Below the pieces are notes generated by a model. The model was not told where the DNA came from, made no database searches, and saw only the letters and a list, made by a program, of their open reading frames with translations. Made by a program: the position numbers and the translations under genes. Of a stretch of 64,000 nt of DNA, positions 10,279 to 19,564 are shown piece by piece (within the stretch, counting starts at the first letter, position 1; each line of letters opens with the position of its first letter). This stretch comes from a virus, in IMG/VR virus record IMGVR_UViG_3300043418_000120, positions 96,001-160,000 of that record; one strand, written 5' to 3'.

Positions 10279-10873
10279 TTTTAGATGCCTTGTAGATCAA
10301 GTAACAGGACAGATTGTTTGGATGACATTCAATGAATCCGCTGAGGTGCCAATCATTGACCCAACACTAAACTACTATCGCTACAATGGATCAACGAACA
10401 TTAGCGTGTGGAGTGCTTATGCGACTTACGAACTGTTTCTCGACGAAGACGGTAAGACCTTAGTCGTTAAACCTCGTGGTGAGATTGACACACGCATACA
10501 GACTATCAGAGCAAAGTATGTTACAATTGATCTAATCAACGCAATCATCAAGGTTCATTACGAGAGACAGGGATTCCCAGAAGGATCTATCTATCGTAGA
10601 ATTGACACCTCAAGCAAATGGGTTGGTGTTCTTGCTGAGATGCATTCTTGCTCAACTGAGGATGCTGCTACTTTGCTTGACTTTAAGATCTCTGAGTTTA
10701 AGAACACGGAGTTTATGTTAGAGTCGCGCAAGATGATGATGGTTCAGAAGTTGAAAGAAGCTGAGTGTTTCGCGGATGTTGCTGGCGTTTATGCCAAATA
10801 TACATCGTTGTTCTTCAATATAAATAGGAAGGATCTGATGGCGATTGATTCCATCAGAGGCGAACTATTATGA
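10265..10873 (+). CDS. Hypothetical protein
   Basis: ORF overlapping previous gene by 14 nt. Confidence 0.65.
   Translation: MKPYSFRCLVDQVTGQIVWMTFNESAEVPIIDPTLNYYRYNGSTNISVWSAYATYELFLDEDGKTLVVKPRGEIDTRIQTIRAKYVTIDLINAIIKVHYERQGFPEGSIYRRIDTSSKWVGVLAEMHSCSTEDAATLLDFKISEFKNTEFMLESRKMMMVQKLKEAECFADVAGVYAKYTSLFFNINRKDLMAIDSIRGELL
10819..10826 (+). promoter_or_regulatory. T4-type late promoter
   Basis: TATAAATA. Confidence 0.55.
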
Positions 10874-10880
10874 GGATACT

Positions 10881-11027
10881 ATGGCAGAAAACACAAGCGA
10901 ATTACAGGGGACTGATTGGTTCTCTAGATTGAAGAACCCACAGGGTGGTGGTATGGATACCGCTACTGCCGAAGGTGCGCCAAAACCACCAGCGGAGACC
11001 CCAGCAAATGTGGCTCCACAACAATGA
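10881..11027 (+). CDS. 48-aa peptide (MAENTSELQGTDWFSRLKNPQGGG...)
   Basis: GAGGA RBS 5-6 nt upstream; late promoter upstream. Confidence 0.5.
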   Translation: MAENTSELQGTDWFSRLKNPQGGGMDTATAEGAPKPPAETPANVAPQQ

Positions 11028-11397
11028 ACCTTTCGAAGATGCTGGCAAATGGTATGGCTTCATCTACGAAATTACGAATAATCTGACTGGTAAGAAATAC
11101 ATCGGTCGAAAATACTTCACTGAAGCCAAGACTCGTCAAGTCAAAGGCAAGAAGAAACGAACTCGCGTAGAGAGTAATTGGCGTGACTACTGGGGTTCAA
11201 GCAAGTCGCTTACTGAAGACATAGAGAAACATGGTGTTGAGAACTTCTCGAAGAAGATCCTGATGCTATGTGAGACTCGTGGCAATACCAACTATTGGGA
11301 AGCAAAATTCCAATTTGACAATAATGTTCTTTTGAGCGATAATTACTATAATGAATGGATTATGGTTAAAACTCACAGGAAACACATAAAGAAATGA
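11008..11397 (+). CDS. Stand-alone GIY-YIG-like nuclease domain protein
   Basis: GFIYEITNNLTGKKYIGRK...WRDYWGSS. Confidence 0.8.
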   Translation: MWLHNNEPFEDAGKWYGFIYEITNNLTGKKYIGRKYFTEAKTRQVKGKKKRTRVESNWRDYWGSSKSLTEDIEKHGVENFSKKILMLCETRGNTNYWEAKFQFDNNVLLSDNYYNEWIMVKTHRKHIKK

Positions 11398-12605
11398 CAT
11401 ACCTACTATACTCTTGCGGATTCATGTTATCCGCAGTAGCAGCGTATTACTCCGTAATGGGTCTCATTGCTATCTTCTCGACAGCAATCATTCCTATCGC
11501 GATCATGGGTTCGGTTCTGGAAATCAGCAAGCTGGTATCAGCAAGTTGGCTTTACAGAAACTGGAACACAGCACCTAAGATGTTGAAGTACTACTTCACC
11601 GTTGCGGTAACAGTATTGATGCTACTAACATCAATGGGTATCTTCGGATACCTGTCGAAAGCGCACTTGGACCAAGCAGTTCCTACGGGAGATGTTGCGT
11701 CTCAGGTCGCAATTCTCGACGAGAAAATAAAAACAGAAAAGGAAAATATTGATGCAGCTCGTAAAGCACTTACTCAACTGGATTCGCAAGTCGACCAAAC
11801 CATCTCAAGAACCACAGAAGCCAGCGGAGCCGATCGCGCCGTTGCCATCCGTAGAGGACAAGCCAAAGAAAGAGCAAGTCTCCAAGCCGAAATCGCAACC
11901 TCGCAAGCCAAAATCGGCAAGCTCAGAGAAGAACGCGCCCCAATCGCCAGCGAGCTCCGCAAAGTCGAAGCCGAAGTCGGTCCGATCAAATACATCGCAG
12001 CCTTAATTTACGGCGACACCCTTGACGATACGTTACTCGAAAGTGCAGTTCGTATCGTCATCTTGTTGATCATCTTCGTGTTTGATCCACTTGCGGTTCT
12101 GTTGTTAATCGCAGCAAGTCGTGAGTCAATGCTAAAGCATAAGATTGAGGAAGTTGAACCAGAGCCAATCTATGTTGCTGATGTAACAATGCCAGAACCC
12201 GATTATCCTCATGTCTATCCAGACATGAGTGTCTGGAAGGATGTTGTCGAACAGCTAAGTAAAGAACGTGAAGAACCAGAAGTCGAAGTTGAAGCTGCGC
12301 CTATCATTGAGCCACCAATTGAGCAGGTCTTCTTTGAAGCTGCGAAAGAACAGGCTAAAGAGTTAGACGAGACTGCTACCATTGACTGGGAGATTGCTCA
12401 GCCACCAAAAGAAACTCCCGATGAGTTTACTAAGGTTGTTCAAGAGTATTTCCACCCAGAAGACGAAGCTAAGGAAACGATGCTTTATGTGAACGAAGAA
12501 CCTGAACCATCTTTTGTGTTGAACCCTGACTTCAATCAGAAGGATCCGTTCATGGAGAAGCCAAGACCGAAGGTCATGCCCGACTCGAGAACTGAGAATC
12601 GTTAA
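11394..12605 (+). CDS. Multi-TM membrane protein with coiled coil and acidic Pro-rich tail
   Basis: TM segments, LITSMGIFGYLSKAH-like motif, EVGPIKYIA, FVFDPLAV. Confidence 0.75.
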   Translation: MTYLLYSCGFMLSAVAAYYSVMGLIAIFSTAIIPIAIMGSVLEISKLVSASWLYRNWNTAPKMLKYYFTVAVTVLMLLTSMGIFGYLSKAHLDQAVPTGDVASQVAILDEKIKTEKENIDAARKALTQLDSQVDQTISRTTEASGADRAVAIRRGQAKERASLQAEIATSQAKIGKLREERAPIASELRKVEAEVGPIKYIAALIYGDTLDDTLLESAVRIVILLIIFVFDPLAVLLLIAASRESMLKHKIEEVEPEPIYVADVTMPEPDYPHVYPDMSVWKDVVEQLSKEREEPEVEVEAAPIIEPPIEQVFFEAAKEQAKELDETATIDWEIAQPPKETPDEFTKVVQEYFHPEDEAKETMLYVNEEPEPSFVLNPDFNQKDPFMEKPRPKVMPDSRTENR

Positions 12606-12610
12606 GAAAT

Positions 12611-12631
12611 AACCCTACTTCGTGTAGGGTT
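12611..12631. promoter_or_regulatory. Palindromic operator-like site / terminator hairpin
   Basis: AACCCTAC-TTCGT-GTAGGGTT followed by a T run and a -35 box. Confidence 0.55.
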
Positions 12632-12645
12632 TTTCGTTTTAAGGC

Positions 12646-12674
12646 TTGACATTTATTCAAGTATCAGGTATAAT
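12646..12674 (+). promoter_or_regulatory. sigma70-type early promoter
   Basis: TTGACA-N17-TATAAT. Confidence 0.85.
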
Positions 12675-12696
12675 TGGTGCTTAAATGGAGAAAATA

Positions 12697-13626
12697 ATGA
12701 AAATCGGCGTATGTTCTGACCTACACTTGGAGTTCGCAGACTTGTTTCTGACGAACGACGAAGGCGTCGACGTGCTTGTTTTGTCTGGCGACATTCTTGT
12801 TGAGTGCGACTTAGACATGCGCGATCGTCGCCAGAGCGAACTAGGTTTTGCTCGCCATCGGTCTGAGCGATTCCATGACTTCTTCAGCCGTGTTTGTTTT
12901 CAATTCCCTCAGGTAATCTATGTCATGGGTAACCATGAACATTATCATGGCGACTTCGCTAAGACTTATTTGGAATTGAAGCGCAAATTGGCCGAGCACG
13001 ATAACCTTCACATCCTCGATAAAGAGTGCGTGAAGCTCGGCGATGTTACATTTATCGGAGGCACCCTTTGGACTGACATGAACAAGGAAGATCCTCTTAC
13101 CATGTTTCATATCAAGAAGATGATGAACGATTTTCGCTGTGTCATCAACAGCAATCAGATAGTCAACTATCGTGCCGAAGTTCTTGTTGATAAACCAACA
13201 GGTATGAGTGATGAAGAATTCATGGCACTACCCGCTGAGAAGCGAACCAAGATGGTGTTCAAAGAACGTGTTGCCACATTCAGCCCCACCGATGCTGTTG
13301 AAGACCATCGTAAGATGCTAGGTTACGTCGACAGTGTTATTGCTGGTAACCATGATACTAAGTATGTTGTCTGTGGCCACCATACTCCAAGTCATCAAAG
13401 TATGCATGATAAGTATCGCGGCGACGACTTGATGAACGGTGGTTACCACAGCGACTTGTCTGAGTTTATCTTGGATCGTCCGCAAATCAAATTATGGACA
13501 CATGGCCATACGCATGAAGTTTTTGACTACATGATCGGCGACACTCGCATCGTTTGTAATCCACGTGGTTATCATGGCTACGAAGAAGTTGCTGATAATT
13601 TTAAATTGAAGGTGGTTGAAGTATGA
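12697..13626 (+). CDS. Calcineurin-like metallophosphoesterase
   Basis: SDLH, GD, GNHEHY, GHH, HGHTH. Confidence 0.9.
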   Translation: MKIGVCSDLHLEFADLFLTNDEGVDVLVLSGDILVECDLDMRDRRQSELGFARHRSERFHDFFSRVCFQFPQVIYVMGNHEHYHGDFAKTYLELKRKLAEHDNLHILDKECVKLGDVTFIGGTLWTDMNKEDPLTMFHIKKMMNDFRCVINSNQIVNYRAEVLVDKPTGMSDEEFMALPAEKRTKMVFKERVATFSPTDAVEDHRKMLGYVDSVIAGNHDTKYVVCGHHTPSHQSMHDKYRGDDLMNGGYHSDLSEFILDRPQIKLWTHGHTHEVFDYMIGDTRIVCNPRGYHGYEEVADNFKLKVVEV

Positions 13627-13955
13627 GTATGTATACACCAAACAAATGGATGGTGATCAAAATCAATAGCAAGAACCCACACTACCGTGTGTTCGCATCG
13701 TGGAGTGGTGGTTACCTTGGTGGTGATTCTTGGAAGTTGAATTCTGGAATTACCAAAGCTACTCTTGTTGATGGATTCTATCACTTCGAAGGAAGTTCTG
13801 GTTCTGTTTACAAGTGCCGCGAGGGTATGTACGGTGGCACAGGGTTTTCATATGGTGTTCTTAATGGTATGATCAAAGACGCTAAAGCGACCAGCGATGT
13901 TGATATCGATGTGCTACCAGCAGAAACAAATTTTCTAGAGTTAAACTATGAATGA
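13623..13955 (+). CDS. Conserved phage hypothetical protein
   Basis: YRVFASWSGGYLGGDSWKLNSGI motif. Confidence 0.75.
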   Translation: MSMYTPNKWMVIKINSKNPHYRVFASWSGGYLGGDSWKLNSGITKATLVDGFYHFEGSSGSVYKCREGMYGGTGFSYGVLNGMIKDAKATSDVDIDVLPAETNFLELNYE

Positions 13956-14235
13956 CATCTTACTAAACACATGGGGATGGATTAAAGATGACTACCGAAC
14001 TCACCCTGTTCGATTTTGTATTGAGCTTCTTGCTTGGGCTATCTCTATTGGCTGCTCTCTCACGATGGCAGTCACAGTCCCCAATCCTCCTCTTATCGTA
14101 TTATATCCTATCTGGATTAGTGGGTGCTCTCTTTACGCTTGGGCTGCTTATAGCAGGAAATCGTTTGGGATGCTTGCTAACTACATCTTGTTAACAACGA
14201 TCGACACCGTCGGTCTATTCAGAATGCTATTCTAA
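13948..14235 (+). CDS. Small membrane protein
   Basis: Three hydrophobic segments. Confidence 0.7.
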   Translation: MNDILLNTWGWIKDDYRTHPVRFCIELLAWAISIGCSLTMAVTVPNPPLIVLYPIWISGCSLYAWAAYSRKSFGMLANYILLTTIDTVGLFRMLF

Positions 14236-14245
14236 GGAGAATCAA

Positions 14246-14482
14246 ATGGCAAAACCAAAACAAAAACGCCCCGAAGGTAACTGGACACCAACAGTTCTGA
14301 AGGCTGACAAAAACTTTCGCATGTCGAAGCAGACAAAGCGCCTGTTGGCTCTGATGTCATTCCCATCTGCTGAGCTGCGTAACAGCTATCGCCGTGCGAT
14401 GATCAACGCTCAGTTGGCTTCGGAAGCTGCAGCTCGTGCACCTTTGGGTGGCAAGAAAGATCGAGAAGATGTATCCGCATGA
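14246..14482 (+). CDS. Hypothetical basic protein
   Basis: AAGGAG RBS; FRMSKQTKRLLA. Confidence 0.7.
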   Translation: MAKPKQKRPEGNWTPTVLKADKNFRMSKQTKRLLALMSFPSAELRNSYRRAMINAQLASEAAARAPLGGKKDREDVSA

Positions 14483-14654
14483 GATAGATCATGCCTCGTC
14501 GAAAGTTCTTGAAATCGTAGGACTTGACAAAAATACCTTCGACGAGGTAAAATATAAACAGTTGCGAAGTTTCCTAGAGGCTCTCGCAGCTGTTCACTAT
14601 TCAAAAGGACATGATGATGGCTACTCGCTCTCCGCTGGTTATTCCCGCAAGTAA
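14469..14654 (+). CDS. Hypothetical protein
   Basis: ORF MYPHEIDH... overlapping neighbours. Confidence 0.5.
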   Translation: MYPHEIDHASSKVLEIVGLDKNTFDEVKYKQLRSFLEALAAVHYSKGHDDGYSLSAGYSRK

Positions 14655-14763
14655 ACCAAGAAATTGGATTGCTAAGGATTTGCGCACACCCAAGTATCGT
14701 GCACGTATCGAAGAGTGTAAGAAGAAATACACACGCAAGGAGAAGCATCGTGACGCCTATTAA
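14617..14763 (+). CDS. ArfA-like small basic protein
   Basis: 48 aa, RNWIAKDLRTPKYRARIEECKKKYTRKEKH; absent from the ORF track; AAGGA RBS. Confidence 0.6.
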   Translation: MATRSPLVIPASKPRNWIAKDLRTPKYRARIEECKKKYTRKEKHRDAY

Positions 14764-15043
14764 ACAACATGAAATCCATGAGCATCTAGAGATTGATCAT
14801 GGTAGCATTACAACTTATGTGAACGTCTTTGGCGAAGACGACTATACACACATGATCATCGGTCGTACTGACAATGAAGGATTGCACATCCATAATAAGA
14901 TGGAGTTCTTCTTCGAAGATGAGCAACTCGATGAGCTTCTTTACTTCTTCACGGAATTGTCAAAGAAGGTTCGCGCAAAGCGTACTCAAGACCAATTAAC
15001 TGATGTTGTAAAACAATGGGTGGCCACTGATGGAAATGATTGA
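14750..15043 (+). CDS. Hypothetical protein (GTG start)
   Basis: AAGGAG RBS before GTG. Confidence 0.6.
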   Translation: MTPIKQHEIHEHLEIDHGSITTYVNVFGEDDYTHMIIGRTDNEGLHIHNKMEFFFEDEQLDELLYFFTELSKKVRAKRTQDQLTDVVKQWVATDGND

Positions 15044-15371
15044 AATTCTATTTTTAGTCTTGATCGCGTTCAATGTGTATTGGGCATGGGTCAATATTCG
15101 CGCAGCCATGGCTCAGAGAGCAGCACGTCAAGAGATTATGGAGAATATTCAAGAAGCCTACGAACGCTTCAAGAATATCATCATCATGCGCGTAGAGAAG
15201 CATGACGACATGCTCTATGTCTACAATCAACATACCAATGAGTTCATCTGCCAAGGCAAAACCCTTGAGGAAGTGAACGAGAACTTTGGTATCAAATATC
15301 CCAATCGTCAAGCCTTGGTCGACGAGGGATCGGAACTGTTATTTAAGGAGAAGATGAATGTCGCAAAATGA
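15030..15371 (+). CDS. Hypothetical protein with N-terminal TM helix
   Basis: Hydrophobic N-terminus; FICQGKTLEE motif. Confidence 0.7.
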   Translation: MEMIEILFLVLIAFNVYWAWVNIRAAMAQRAARQEIMENIQEAYERFKNIIIMRVEKHDDMLYVYNQHTNEFICQGKTLEEVNENFGIKYPNRQALVDEGSELLFKEKMNVAK

Positions 15372-15810
15372 GATCGTTGATATTGACTTTGATGAGGTTT
15401 TGTCAAAGCAAGAAGAGCAACGTATTAAGGATGAGCTGAACCATCCGAACTTTAAAAATTGGTTCAAGGGTTTGCTTCATGAATGTGAAGTCAATCTGAT
15501 TTTCTACAAGAAGTCTGGTGAAGAACGACACATGCGTTGTACTCTTCAGGAGTCAGAAATCCCTGCTGACAAGCAACCAAAGGGGACTGGTAAAACTACC
15601 AGTGGCGATACTGTGTCTGTGTTTGACACTGAGATCCAAGATTGGAGATCTTTCCGCTTCGACTCGATCAAAGAATTCGAGTACGACTTGCCTGAAGACT
15701 CTGAGTATCCTCCACATCCAGAGCCAGTGTTCTTAGACGCTGCTGGTGTTGAGTACGTTTCGGCTGCTGAGTTGTCCGAAGAAATCAAGAACGCAATTGT
15801 TGGGGAATAA
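15358..15810 (+). CDS. WYL_2 / Sm-like SH3 barrel protein
   Basis: FYKKSGEERHMRCTL...VFDTEIQDWRSFRFDSI. Confidence 0.75.
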   Translation: MSQNEIVDIDFDEVLSKQEEQRIKDELNHPNFKNWFKGLLHECEVNLIFYKKSGEERHMRCTLQESEIPADKQPKGTGKTTSGDTVSVFDTEIQDWRSFRFDSIKEFEYDLPEDSEYPPHPEPVFLDAAGVEYVSAAELSEEIKNAIVGE

Positions 15811-15811
15811 T

Positions 15812-16045
15812 ATGACTGAGAATAACACCATATCAACTATCGCAGGTATCGTAGCGGTTGCTCTGATTGGAAGCCTCACATATTTCCATGTTGTTGAAAG
15901 TAATAACAACAAAGAAATCATTACTCGCGCAATTGAGCGCGGTCTTGATCCAATCAGCGCAGCGTGCGCATCAAAGATTGGAACTCAAAGTTCAGCCGAA
16001 ATTCGTGCTACGTGCGAAAAGATGGCTATCATCAAAGGAAAATAA
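15812..16045 (+). CDS. Hypothetical membrane-anchored protein
   Basis: TM helix then AIERGLDPISAACA. Confidence 0.65.
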   Translation: MTENNTISTIAGIVAVALIGSLTYFHVVESNNNKEIITRAIERGLDPISAACASKIGTQSSAEIRATCEKMAIIKGK

Positions 16046-16398
16046 TGAAGACTGTAAAAATTAAAGTCAAGGATCTCTTGGCTCACTTGAAGAAGAACCG
16101 TGCTAATCATAAAACACAGTACGAAGAACTGATGACAGATTATCGTACTGCTGTTATTGATGGGTTCAAAGCAAAGCTGAAGGCTGCGCAAAAGAACGAA
16201 GACGTTGACCACACAATTCGTGTTGTTCGCCCAGACGACTTTACATCATCATACGATCAAGCTATCGCGATGTTAGAGTGGACAACTGACACTGAAGTCG
16301 AACTTGATCAACATGAGTTCACACAATACGTCCAAGATAACTGGACATGGAAAGTTGGCTTCGCAGCTACTCAACGTGCCTACGGCAAAGGAATGTAA
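16045..16398 (+). CDS. Hypothetical protein
   Basis: MKTVKIKVKDLL...YVQDNWTWK; AAGGA RBS. Confidence 0.7.
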   Translation: MKTVKIKVKDLLAHLKKNRANHKTQYEELMTDYRTAVIDGFKAKLKAAQKNEDVDHTIRVVRPDDFTSSYDQAIAMLEWTTDTEVELDQHEFTQYVQDNWTWKVGFAATQRAYGKGM

Positions 16399-16400
16399 TC

Positions 16401-16580
16401 ATGCAATACGTCTTAATCCTCGTCCTCGCGATCGTCCTGATCATCTGCGGTCCATTGGCTACCATCTGGGCATTGAACACTTTGTTCCCAGTTTTGGCCA
16501 TCCCGTTCACGGTTGACACATGGCTGGCAGCTTTCTTGCTTGGTGGAGCCTTGACTGGCGCGACTTTCAGCAAGAAATAA
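16401..16580 (+). CDS. Small membrane protein
   Basis: GPLATIWALNTLFP...TWLAAFLL. Confidence 0.65.
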   Translation: MQYVLILVLAIVLIICGPLATIWALNTLFPVLAIPFTVDTWLAAFLLGGALTGATFSKK

Positions 16581-16585
16581 AACGC

Positions 16586-16614
16586 TTGACAAATAAACTC
16601 TTTTCAGGTATAAT
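16586..16614 (+). promoter_or_regulatory. sigma70-type promoter
   Basis: TTGACA-N17-TATAAT. Confidence 0.85.
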
Positions 16615-16636
16615 ATATACTTGAAAGGAGTCTACT

Positions 16637-17737
16637 ATGACTATGAACGCAGCTGAAAAGCGCCAGAAAATTATTGACCGCGCAAGCGGCAAGACTGATG
16701 AACCTATTATCAGTTCGGAAGCCAATTCACGTTATCAGGTACAACTGATGAGTGCGCTGAATTGGTATGCCAAAGAAGCCGATTCCAAACAGCGAAAGGC
16801 TTGGGCTCTCTCTTACTTCAAGAAACAGAAGAATCAAGAGTTGGTCGATCATCTATCAGAAATTGGTGACTGGGAATTCCATTCGTTGGGTGTCCTTTGT
16901 CGTCTCAAATCTCGTGGCTCGTTCTTGTCTGAACAGCATGAGAAGTACATTGACTCACGCGCAACAGAACTGTTGAAGATGCCATTGCCTAAGAAAGTTG
17001 TTGTGGCTGCAGCCCCTGTTCCGACAGGTCCATCCATTCAAGAACGCATCCTCGAAAAGTCTAAAGAGATTGCTGGTGACATCGATGGTCAGATTGATGA
17101 GTTTATTGCGACAGGTTGTCCAGCAAACTACAAGATGTCATTCAACGGTATGACTGCGCCGATCGCGAAGTATGTGTCCTCGTACATCAAGCCAACCCTG
17201 ACTGAAGTTCAGGAAGCCATTGATGGTGAAGACGAGCAGTTGGTTGAGGGCTACTCAAACTTTACAAAGCCACAGTTGAAGCGATTCGCTAACCTGTTGC
17301 AGTCGATTGTTGAGAAGTCTGAACAAGCCAAGAAGATTATCCGTAAGCCTACAGTTCGCAAGGCAAAGCCAGCTGGTGTTATCGTTGCTAAGATGAAGTT
17401 CAAAGCAGAAGATACCGAGCTTGGTTTGAAGTCAATCTCAGCCCCTTCGATTGTTGGTGCTGACGAGTTGTGGGTCTACAACACAAAGTATCGTAAGCTG
17501 ATGGTGTATCGTGCTGCCTCTGGTTTGTCTCTGACAGTCAAGGGTACTTCGATCCTGAACTACGATACAACTAATTCGGTCTCTAAGACCCTACGTAAAC
17601 CGAAGGAACAGTTGACTCCGATGCTTGCTATGACCAAGCGTCCGCTGTCTGCAGCTTTCAAAGCTGTGAAGTGTAAAGAGGCAACTCCCAATGGTCGCAT
17701 TAATGAAGAGTGCATTTTGTTTAAGGTATTCCAATGA
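16637..17737 (+). CDS. Conserved T4-like hypothetical protein upstream of rnh
   Basis: AAGGAG RBS; LWVYNTKYRKL...SKTLRKP...NGRIN. Confidence 0.8.
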   Translation: MTMNAAEKRQKIIDRASGKTDEPIISSEANSRYQVQLMSALNWYAKEADSKQRKAWALSYFKKQKNQELVDHLSEIGDWEFHSLGVLCRLKSRGSFLSEQHEKYIDSRATELLKMPLPKKVVVAAAPVPTGPSIQERILEKSKEIAGDIDGQIDEFIATGCPANYKMSFNGMTAPIAKYVSSYIKPTLTEVQEAIDGEDEQLVEGYSNFTKPQLKRFANLLQSIVEKSEQAKKIIRKPTVRKAKPAGVIVAKMKFKAEDTELGLKSISAPSIVGADELWVYNTKYRKLMVYRAASGLSLTVKGTSILNYDTTNSVSKTLRKPKEQLTPMLAMTKRPLSAAFKAVKCKEATPNGRINEECILFKVFQ

Positions 17738-18627
17738 TTTTACTTGATTACAGCCAAGTGGCACTCGCAGCTATCCTGACATTTCAACGCGACTTGAAGG
17801 GCGATGACCAAGAGAAGATTATCAACTTGATTCGACATGTAACCTTGTCGTCAATTAAAACATACAAGAAGAAGTACGGAAAAGAATATGGCCAAATTGT
17901 TATATGTTGTGATGGTCGCAAGTATTGGCGTCGGGACATTTTCGAGCATTACAAAGCCAACCGTAAGAAATCTCGAGACGCCAGCGATCTACCGTGGAAA
18001 CTGATCTTCGATACGTTGTCTGCCATGCGCGACGACATCGCTAAGAATTTTCCTTACCGTGTTATTCATCTGGAGAACGCAGAAGCTGATGACATCATTG
18101 CGGTGATGGCTAAGTGGACGCAGACTAACGATCTCGTTGAGCAAGGTTTGTTCACTGAGCCACAGAAGGTTATGATTCTTTCATCTGACCACGACTTTAT
18201 CCAACTGCAGAAGTGGGACAACGTCAACCAGTATTCTCCAAATACTAAGAAGTTGATCAAAGCCAACGCAAAGGAATTGCGTGAGAAACGCATCACTCAC
18301 ATTGTTAAGGCAAGTGATGATGGTATTCCAAACATTCTGAGCGCCGATGACGTGTTTGTCAAGGGCGAACGTCAGAAGACTGTGAGCGCCAAGCGTCTTG
18401 AGGAATTCCTTGAGAAAGGTATTGACGCATGCCGAAACGATGAAGAGATTCGTAACTGGCATCGTAACGAACGCTTGATTGATTTTGAATTCATCCCCAA
18501 AGAGATTCAAGATTCAATTGTGCAGACTTATCTAAATAATCCACCGACAGGTGATAAGATGACAGCCATGAAATATCTCATGGAACATCGTTGCCGTTTA
18601 CTACTCGAAGAAATTGAGGACTTTTAA
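17734..18627 (+). CDS. rnh: T4-type RNase H (5'-3' exonuclease)
   Basis: YWRRDIFEHYKANRKK, EADDIIA, SSDHDFIQL, DGIPNILS. Confidence 0.92.
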   Translation: MILLDYSQVALAAILTFQRDLKGDDQEKIINLIRHVTLSSIKTYKKKYGKEYGQIVICCDGRKYWRRDIFEHYKANRKKSRDASDLPWKLIFDTLSAMRDDIAKNFPYRVIHLENAEADDIIAVMAKWTQTNDLVEQGLFTEPQKVMILSSDHDFIQLQKWDNVNQYSPNTKKLIKANAKELREKRITHIVKASDDGIPNILSADDVFVKGERQKTVSAKRLEEFLEKGIDACRNDEEIRNWHRNERLIDFEFIPKEIQDSIVQTYLNNPPTGDKMTAMKYLMEHRCRLLLEEIEDF

Positions 18628-19118
18628 TGAACCGTAATTTGAACTACATGCCAGAGATCCTAGACGCATTGACTAAGGATCCAAAGAAAGCAGCTGCATA
18701 CAAAGAGGACTTTGCTTTTAAGACCATCTTGAAGTGTGCTTTTGACAAAGACTATGCCTTTGCCTTGCCTGATGGAGCGCCACCATTTAAACCAGCTGAG
18801 CAGCCTTTGGGTATGACAACAGCTAACCTGCGTAGCGAAGCTCGTCGTTTCTACATCTTTACAAAGTTCAGTGATGTGCAGCAACGCCTTCGTCGTGAAC
18901 AATTGTTTGTTCAGATTCTTGAATCGATCCACCCTTCAGAAGCCAAAATCTTAATCGCTGTGAAGGATCAACAACTTGATGCTTTGTATCCAAAGATTAC
19001 GGCTGAATTCGTCAAGGCCAATTTCCCTGACGTATTGCCAGAAGGAACGGTGGTCGCCGAACCAGCAAAAAAAGCGCCAGTGAAGAAAGTAGCGAAGAGT
19101 GCAACAAAAGTGGATTGA
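18627..19118 (+). CDS. Conserved T4-like hypothetical protein
   Basis: LPDGAPPF...RREQLFVQILESIHPSEA. Confidence 0.75.
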   Translation: MNRNLNYMPEILDALTKDPKKAAAYKEDFAFKTILKCAFDKDYAFALPDGAPPFKPAEQPLGMTTANLRSEARRFYIFTKFSDVQQRLRREQLFVQILESIHPSEAKILIAVKDQQLDALYPKITAEFVKANFPDVLPEGTVVAEPAKKAPVKKVAKSATKVD

Positions 19119-19533
19119 TGCGTATTTGGACATGGCTGAGAGGTTCGCCCAACTCAGCTATGCCAAGCGACTCCAAGTCGGAGCAATTGTGGTCAAAGAA
19201 CATCGAGTTATCTCGATTGGGTATAACGGAACGCCCGAAGGCTGGGACAATGCCTGCGAATTCCAATACACTAACCCACAATCTAAAATCACTACTACGC
19301 ATACGAAAGACGAGGTGATTCATGCGGAAGCGAATGCGATTACGAAGCTCGCTCGCGATGGTCAGTCTGGTCGTGCTGCTGATTTATTCTGTACTCATGC
19401 TCCTTGCATTCAGTGTGCCAAGTTAATTCATGGCGCTGGAATTAAGAAGGTTTACTACAGGCACCAGTATCGCGATGACGCTGGTATAAAATTCCTTACA
19501 AAGGGCGGTGTAGAGGTCGTACAAAGTGCTTGA
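19099..19533 (+). CDS. cd: dCMP deaminase
   Basis: GYNG, HAEANA, PCIQC. Confidence 0.92.
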   Translation: MQQKWIDAYLDMAERFAQLSYAKRLQVGAIVVKEHRVISIGYNGTPEGWDNACEFQYTNPQSKITTTHTKDEVIHAEANAITKLARDGQSGRAADLFCTHAPCIQCAKLIHGAGIKKVYYRHQYRDDAGIKFLTKGGVEVVQSA

Positions 19534-19558
19534 CATTTAATCCAAATTAGGGTATAAT
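19530..19558 (+). promoter_or_regulatory. sigma70-type promoter
   Basis: TTGACA-N17-TATAAT. Confidence 0.85.
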
Positions 19559-19564
19559 TACATT

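Noticed and set aside
8135-11027. Bona fide lasso peptide cluster
   Set aside because: No recognisable B1 (RRE) or B2 peptidase, and the peptide lacks a YxxP leader motif; kept only as an unknown cassette
11008-11397. Mobile homing endonuclease
   Set aside because: Only a short catalytic-type domain with no DNA-binding repeats; not within an intron
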